Below, in pieces: positions 57,701 to 64,000 of a stretch of DNA of 64,000 nt. The stretch comes from Histomonas meleagridis 2922-C6/04-290x (lineage: Eukaryota; Protista; Parabasalia), in the NCBI GenBank assembly GCA_020184695.1, contig JAANOX010000021.1:62001-126000 (forward strand), read 5' to 3'. A model generated the notes under the pieces. It worked only from the letters and a program-made list of their open reading frames with translations. It did not search any database and was not told the DNA's origin. Each line of letters starts with the position of its first letter. The first letter of the stretch is position 1. A program made the translations under genes and the position numbers.

Positions 57701-59586
57701 TTTATGATTCTGATTCATTGAACATATTAAAAAATCTGATAGTCATATTTATATAGTCTTTAGTAATTATAAACAATATTAGACTTCACATCAAAAATAT
57801 TATGTTGAATAATAGAATGTTATAATATGCCTTTTATTTGACCTTGTAATTTCAAAGTTATACATATAGTATAGTCAATGACAAAGACGAATTCCATGGT
57901 CGTTATAAATCCGGTCATCTATTCTATCATAACTCAGTAATATTTTATGATATCTACCTGTTTACTGTAATGGTGTACATCCTTCATTATTCTACAATTA
58001 ATGTCTATAACATGAACTGTAGTCGATCAACAAATTGTGATTGACCATGTTGGTAAGAGCCGAAAGGGAAAGTTCAAAATTTGCGTGTCAAAACAGTTTC
58101 AAATTTCATGCCTATACTTTATAGCTTTAGAATACCTTTCTGTGATGAGAAATGATGGTGGAGCCCAAAAAAAAAATGAATTGATTGAATTTATCTCGAA
58201 TTTACATTGGTCATACAAAGCAGCTTCAATAACAGACAATTTGTTGTTAATATTAAGATGATTACATAAAATGGCTCTTCGTTTTCATCGTATGTATTGC
58301 TTGAACACTGGATTCACAACATTGATATAAATCTTGCAGAGCATAGATTTCCACATGTTCAAATATCCCCTGCAAAATAACACAGGGCCAGCCACAGGAT
58401 ACACGAAAGGCCGGTTCAACTGAGAAGAAATATTTAAAATAATTACTGTGCTATGAAATCATGACAAGCGTTGGCTCATTACATGTAAGATGAAGACTAA
58501 AAAAAATGTAGTTTTTTGTCAAATATTGAGCCAATATCATGTCTTTAATGGAGCCGATATCTGCTCACAAATTGGTCTGAAACAATTAAAAGCTCAATCA
58601 TTTGTGCACGTGCATTTTCCACAAATTTATTATTGCTTCTGCATGTGTTTCGTTTTGCTATACAAATAGTTAATACAGTTGAAAAATAAGGTACTTGAAG
58701 CTTTAAACTTAAATACAAAAATTAAACACGAATATAAATAAAAGACATAATGTAAATAATATAAAGTTATTAAAAATAGCAAATTCTCAGATTTGTATCA
58801 GTCAAAATACAGAAAAAGAAAACATTTAAAACATTTGATTTTGAAAGTTTTCGCCTGACGCTTTTTTGGGTCTTCCTTTTGAAAGTACTCAGTGCATTTG
58901 CTCTGTTCTTTGATGGTTTAAGCCAGGAATGGCATACTCGCGATTTAACTGGTGCGCATCAGGCTATTTCCAAAACGAAGCATAGAGTAGAAACAGCAAT
59001 CAGTGGACCAGTTGGGCTGATTCGTCCTGCAAACTCCACTCGTTAGCTGGGATTATCTCGCATTTGATCTCCATCTTGTGGCACGATATAGATAATGATC
59101 TTTGCTCAAAATGAGAAAATCGCCAATGTTTTTTGATTGAAATTGATCTCGCCCTGAAACAGAATATTAGGCGAATTCGGCAAAGAAAAAAGAATTGATG
59201 ATTACTTTCCTCTTAACCCCTTGGAAAATGTTTGTTGAACTGTTTTGGAACATATCTGGAGCAGATGAACAACACAAACCAATAACCCAACCATCTTCTG
59301 GTAGTTATAACTTTCCAGGGAAAGAAAGTCGTTGGAGATTTTTGTGTACATGAACAACATGAATGATTTTTGTATTGACAAACAAAAGAAGGAGGGTCAT
59401 CAGAACAGTACCAAAACTCCTTTTCGATAAACCGCCCAGCACTGAGTCGTTGCCTTCCGCCTGAGGTGAAACAGTTCAACATTTATATATTTTCTTATAC
59501 GAACTTAAAAATAAGATTGAAAAAGTCATCACCAGAATACATTTGATATGTTTCAATCGTATGATATCAGTATAAAACTATAACAT

Positions 59587-60059
59587 CTTCCAATGAGAAT
59601 CTAAAACCAAATATAACTGATTCACTAATCTCACATTAAGATTTAAAGAGTTGTTGTTACTAATTTGTTTCACTGATTTGTGGGATCTTTTCGGTGAGTG
59701 ACATTTTAAACCATAGAATGTAAATTACATTTTTGCACTATTTAATAATATTTCACTTTGCTATCATTTTTACAAAACGGAAAAAATTAATTTTATTTGA
59801 GATTTTATGTTCACTTAAATGAATGATTTCTATTTTCCAAATTTCAAGTTACATTACATTTACTTGTTGTTAAATGGTATTTGATAATATCCCAGATTAG
59901 CGCAAAGTGTTATCAGATATTAAATATAGATTTTTAAATGTCACTCACTGAAAGAATCCCACACAAATCACCAAGTAAAATTAGTAACAACAACCCCCAA
60001 ATCTTACATAGGAGGATATACAGAACAAGTCACATTTGGTTTTAGATTCTCATTGGTAG
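59587..60059. repeat. Foldback/MITE-like element with ~120-bp imperfect inverted arms
   Basis: CCAATGAGAATCTAAAACCAAAT...GTTGTTGTTACTAATTT...GTGAGTGACATTT at 59590-59710 is inverted at 59930-60056, with a spacer of about 220 bp. Confidence 0.8.
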
Positions 60060-63000
60060 AAATTTAGATCAAATTCTAAATATAATTTGTTGGTATTTTC
60101 AATGTGTCACTTCCATGGTTAACACATTTGGCTTACCATGTTAAAGAAAAACAATAATTACCGATTTATAAGAACTTACTACTAAAACTTACAAGCACAC
60201 TTATTACCATGAAAATTTTAATTATCCTGAAATTTAAACCAAATAGAAAGGTTACTAAAACAATATGGAAAACAATAAAACTAGAATAAAGGTTGAAAAA
60301 TGAAGTCATTGTCTTTTCTTTTGTGTTTTAGAATAGTTTCATGACCGAAGAGGTTTCTTCATAACTCGAGACAGCCTTGGGAATCCATCATTTTTAACTT
60401 CGGAGAGGGACATAAGTATTTCTGATGTAGCTTTTGCTCCACTCATTTTTTCGAACAGTGCACTGAACAGGTTGTCTCACCACAAACGGTCTACGCCCGC
60501 AACGGTTGTTTATAATCACACATTATATGCTTCTTCCAAATGTATACTCAATGTTAGCAATGGGTGGCCTGGAAACTTAAAATGTCAATATTTTGATATT
60601 GTTTAAGACATCTGATTTGAGTAAAATATGAAAAAATGATTAAAACCTTAACATCGACATAGAAATAAATTCCTATGCTTTGATGTTTTGTTACACACAT
60701 ATGAAATGAACAATAAATTTAGAATAGACGCTTTTTGAAAAGCCCATTTCGGATAACAAAAGTGATTGAACATATTTGAGAGCATTATAAATTTTACATA
60801 CCAAATATTCTGACTGAATGTGCAAGGCCGTTCAAATGGAATTTGATCACACCTCTCTTATCATATCAACAAAATTATAGGATCCATTATTGAAACCTGT
60901 TGTTTGTCAAACTGTCTTATTCAGTTCCTAAGAAGAAAAATCTAAAAAGATCTTTTTATGCAAACTGATGTAACACAGAGGCGGACTCATATATTATATT
61001 TGTCAATAGTCAAGAGCAATCAACAAACAAAGATTATTTGAATACTTGCGTTTCTTAGCTACATGATGTTATCGATCGCTGATTTTTCCGACGATAAGCT
61101 TTTCATTCAACATCAAAACGCCTGAAATTGCGTGAAATTGTAAAATCCCTTATGATTTTAATGATTCCAAATGAACTTCGCCACGTTCTGAATTAAATGA
61201 TACCGGCAGAATCGGAAAAGACCGAAATATTCAAACTTACATCCAACACTCATTAGTTCAATGAAGCCAATACTTCGGCGTTGTTTCTGAAGAGTTAAAA
61301 CCATTCGAACTTATGCAAATGAAATTAACTTCAATACTCAGCAATTTCTCACCGTTTGTTGCGTTTCCAACATGTGGCCTTAGTTTTTGGATATTGAAGG
61401 ATATTTATTTGTGTCAAGCACTTTCAAACAAACAATGCGCAACACGACACCAGAAATGTTTTTGGTAAGGATACTGGCGATTTATCCATTAGCCGTACCA
61501 TCATTTCATCGAGCTCACTATCATCACTGAACCTCGATTTTGTTTTCCACTTGAATCTCTAATAGTGTTGCTGGCAGCTTCAATACAATGAGCAAACTTA
61601 ACACACAGCAAATTGACAAATGTTTAAATTTAAAGATGAGCAAAAAGTTACTTAAGAACTTCTATCACACAAACTTTCGAGATTTGTATGGTTTGCACGG
61701 AATGTTTTCATGCTCGATGTTACTCCAATATACCCAATGTCGCAACATAAAACTGATAATGGAATGCATCGTTATTAGTTGCGCTGTGTTAAGAAAGCCA
61801 TTTAGATTTATCTCAACAATGCACGAATGAGCTCAAGAATATGATGACTCATCTGGAATATTAACACATATTATATTACGTGGGTCGTTGAATAATTTCG
61901 ATATTTTCTTTAGAAATCTTCCAACAATTAATCAAACATAATCCGAAGAATAAGTCATATTGTTTATCATTCTCTAACATTCACGTGAACAATTGAAGAT
62001 ATTTCAGTAATGAAATAATCTCTTCACACCGGAATTGAATGATATCAACCATTAGATCAACGATTACCACTGGTTTAACAAATGTCCGAATTTGAAGCAA
62101 CTGAATATGAGTGATTGTTATCAACGTGAATTGTAGCAGCGGATTTCAATATTTATTAAACTTCATAAAGAAACACGACGCCACGCTATGATACGAACCA
62201 GAAGCTCAAAATTCACCAACAATGGCACATACTTGAACTATTCACTGATGGTTTTATTAGATGATCAATCACCAAAGATTTATCGAATGCTTCTTGCTGA
62301 TATTGATCATGTATCAACGAATTAGTGCAAGTAAATCTGGTTATCGAATATTTCTTTTCCATAACTTAATCGAGAGACCGAAACTCAAAGAAATGGTCGG
62401 TTTTCGCAAGTCGAGAAAATTGATCACAAAGAATCTTCCTGATGATTTTTGATCAAGTTACATATGGTAAACTCCTCAATAATTCCGCTCACCAGAGGAT
62501 CATTTCGCGGATGCAAATGAAAGAAGAAGAAGATTTGTTTATCGATCAACAATGGATGAAATAGAATCGAACGCGAAAACAATCGGCAAACGCCACTCCG
62601 ACGTCGGTATTGAGCCGCCAATTTCAAAAACATGGCCTCAACGACAGGAGTTGGCCGAAAATGGTTTGCTGTCATCCTCCAAATATTTACGAATAATAAT
62701 ACCAGCTAATTTTGCCCTCCTCCCTCCTAATATAACACAGACACACTAATTTATACCAAAGCCACAAATGTAAAATACATGGAACCAAAATCTATATAAT
62801 GATGATAATAATATGCCCGTTCACACCACAATATGGTTATGATCCAAGATTCGGTGAAATGGTTTTATGCCATGTTGGTTGGTCACAGAAAAGATGACGA
62901 TGAGCTGGGATTAGATGACGAAGAGCATAAAAAGAAACTCAATACAGGAATGACAGTGATCATTTAACAATGACGACTACGCTGTGCGAACCTCGAAACA

Positions 63001-64000
63001 ACAGGGCGATGGTCGCCTCAGAAAGAGGAGAATTAAATAAAATGACGGCACTGAGTTCTGAAATTGGTTTGTCACATTTATTCACAAAAATTAAATAAAA
63101 TTTCAAATGACATCGAATCGAGGCGTCGACACTTTTAGAAACGAAAGTATTTGTTCAAGTACAACAACTCTATAACAATATAATGTGGATATCTGATATG
63201 TCATACACTTCCAAGATTGACAAATTATACTGACCTTTTTCTATTGTTTGATCACGTTTGTTTACTGATAGTTTGGGAAGAAATGCATCTCATATTGCGA
63301 CTGTAAGTTTGATGACAATATTAAAATAAATAACTGAATTTCTCAATACAATACATTTTATTTTTGTAATTGGTTCACATTGTGTCATAACAAAAAGAAC
63401 AAGGTCCATGGCAATACTGCCTTTCAAATCCATGACTATATAAATAATAATTTTCATTAAATATCTTTGGTGTTTTGAAAGAGATGCATAGACTTGACCA
63501 ATTTCAGCCATACATTGATTTGTTCCTTATGTCACAAATCAATTTTACATGCTTATATTTTTGCTTATGATTTCAATATATGTTTCATCACTATGTGATT
63601 GACCACCTTAAGTATAATATGAAACTTACTTATATGAATCCAGCAACGTTGCAAGGAGTTTCTAGTTCACTTGAACTAGAGTACTTGATTACATTGCCCT
63701 CAGCCATTTCAGGAATTTGGCAAAATACTGGAAAGACCTTTCATATGTTTTATTGAAAAGTATGGTTAATGTTTTGCAATTGTAAATGAATGCTATCTAG
63801 AGCATGCTCAGTTCTTTGAATATTAATATTATAAATGAAGAAATTATTTAATTATGTACAAAACATCAAAGATATCAGTTCGTCGGCTCATCCCAGCAGT
63901 TTATAATCAGTCATTCATTTCAGACAGACAACTTGCCATTTTCACAACTGATGGATTAACTATTATTTAGAGTAACTTGTAAAGACATGAACATGAGCAT

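Noticed and set aside
59213-59482. NHSC motif suggesting a SET domain
   Set aside because: The flanking SET motifs (GxG, RFINHSCxPN, ELxFDY) are absent, so it is probably a chance match.

Overview
AT-rich eukaryotic protist DNA that looks parabasalid (Trichomonas/Tritrichomonas/Histomonas-like). Most genes are intronless with TCAYT initiator-like motifs just upstream of the ATG, and DUF3447-ankyrin, BEACH, TMAC-type cyclase and metacaspase-like families are present alongside IS481EU- and Maverick-type elements. Housekeeping genes occupy 0-27 kb, 31.8-34.8 kb and 47-50.5 kb. They are separated by nested transposon graveyards at 27-31 kb and 35-46.5 kb (mariner, pogo/DDE-1, Merlin/IS1595-like, hAT, tyrosine recombinase, IS481-like, P-like, Maverick), and the window ends in about 9 kb of decayed sequence. 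The main discovery is in two unlinked DUF3447-ankyrin genes (1084-3517 + and 50702-54490 -). In both, each ankyrin repeat downstream of the first open segment is separated from the next by an AT-rich, usually stop-containing spacer at the same position, between the ...INAKD codon and the TAL codon. Of 26 spacers, 16 are exactly 80 nt, giving a 170-nt period. The spacers have no conserved GT-AG, AT-AC or parabasalid GTAYGT/ACTAACACACAG signals, while the 30-codon segments between them stay open and ankyrin-consensus. Removing about 68 nt from each restores a 34-aa ankyrin repeat and a sensible C-terminus. This points to an unannotated family of non-canonical introns, or another recoding or excision mechanism; it is an inference that needs transcript data. 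Single-base homopolymer indels (Ras, AK7, DUF3447) suggest an imperfectly polished long-read assembly.
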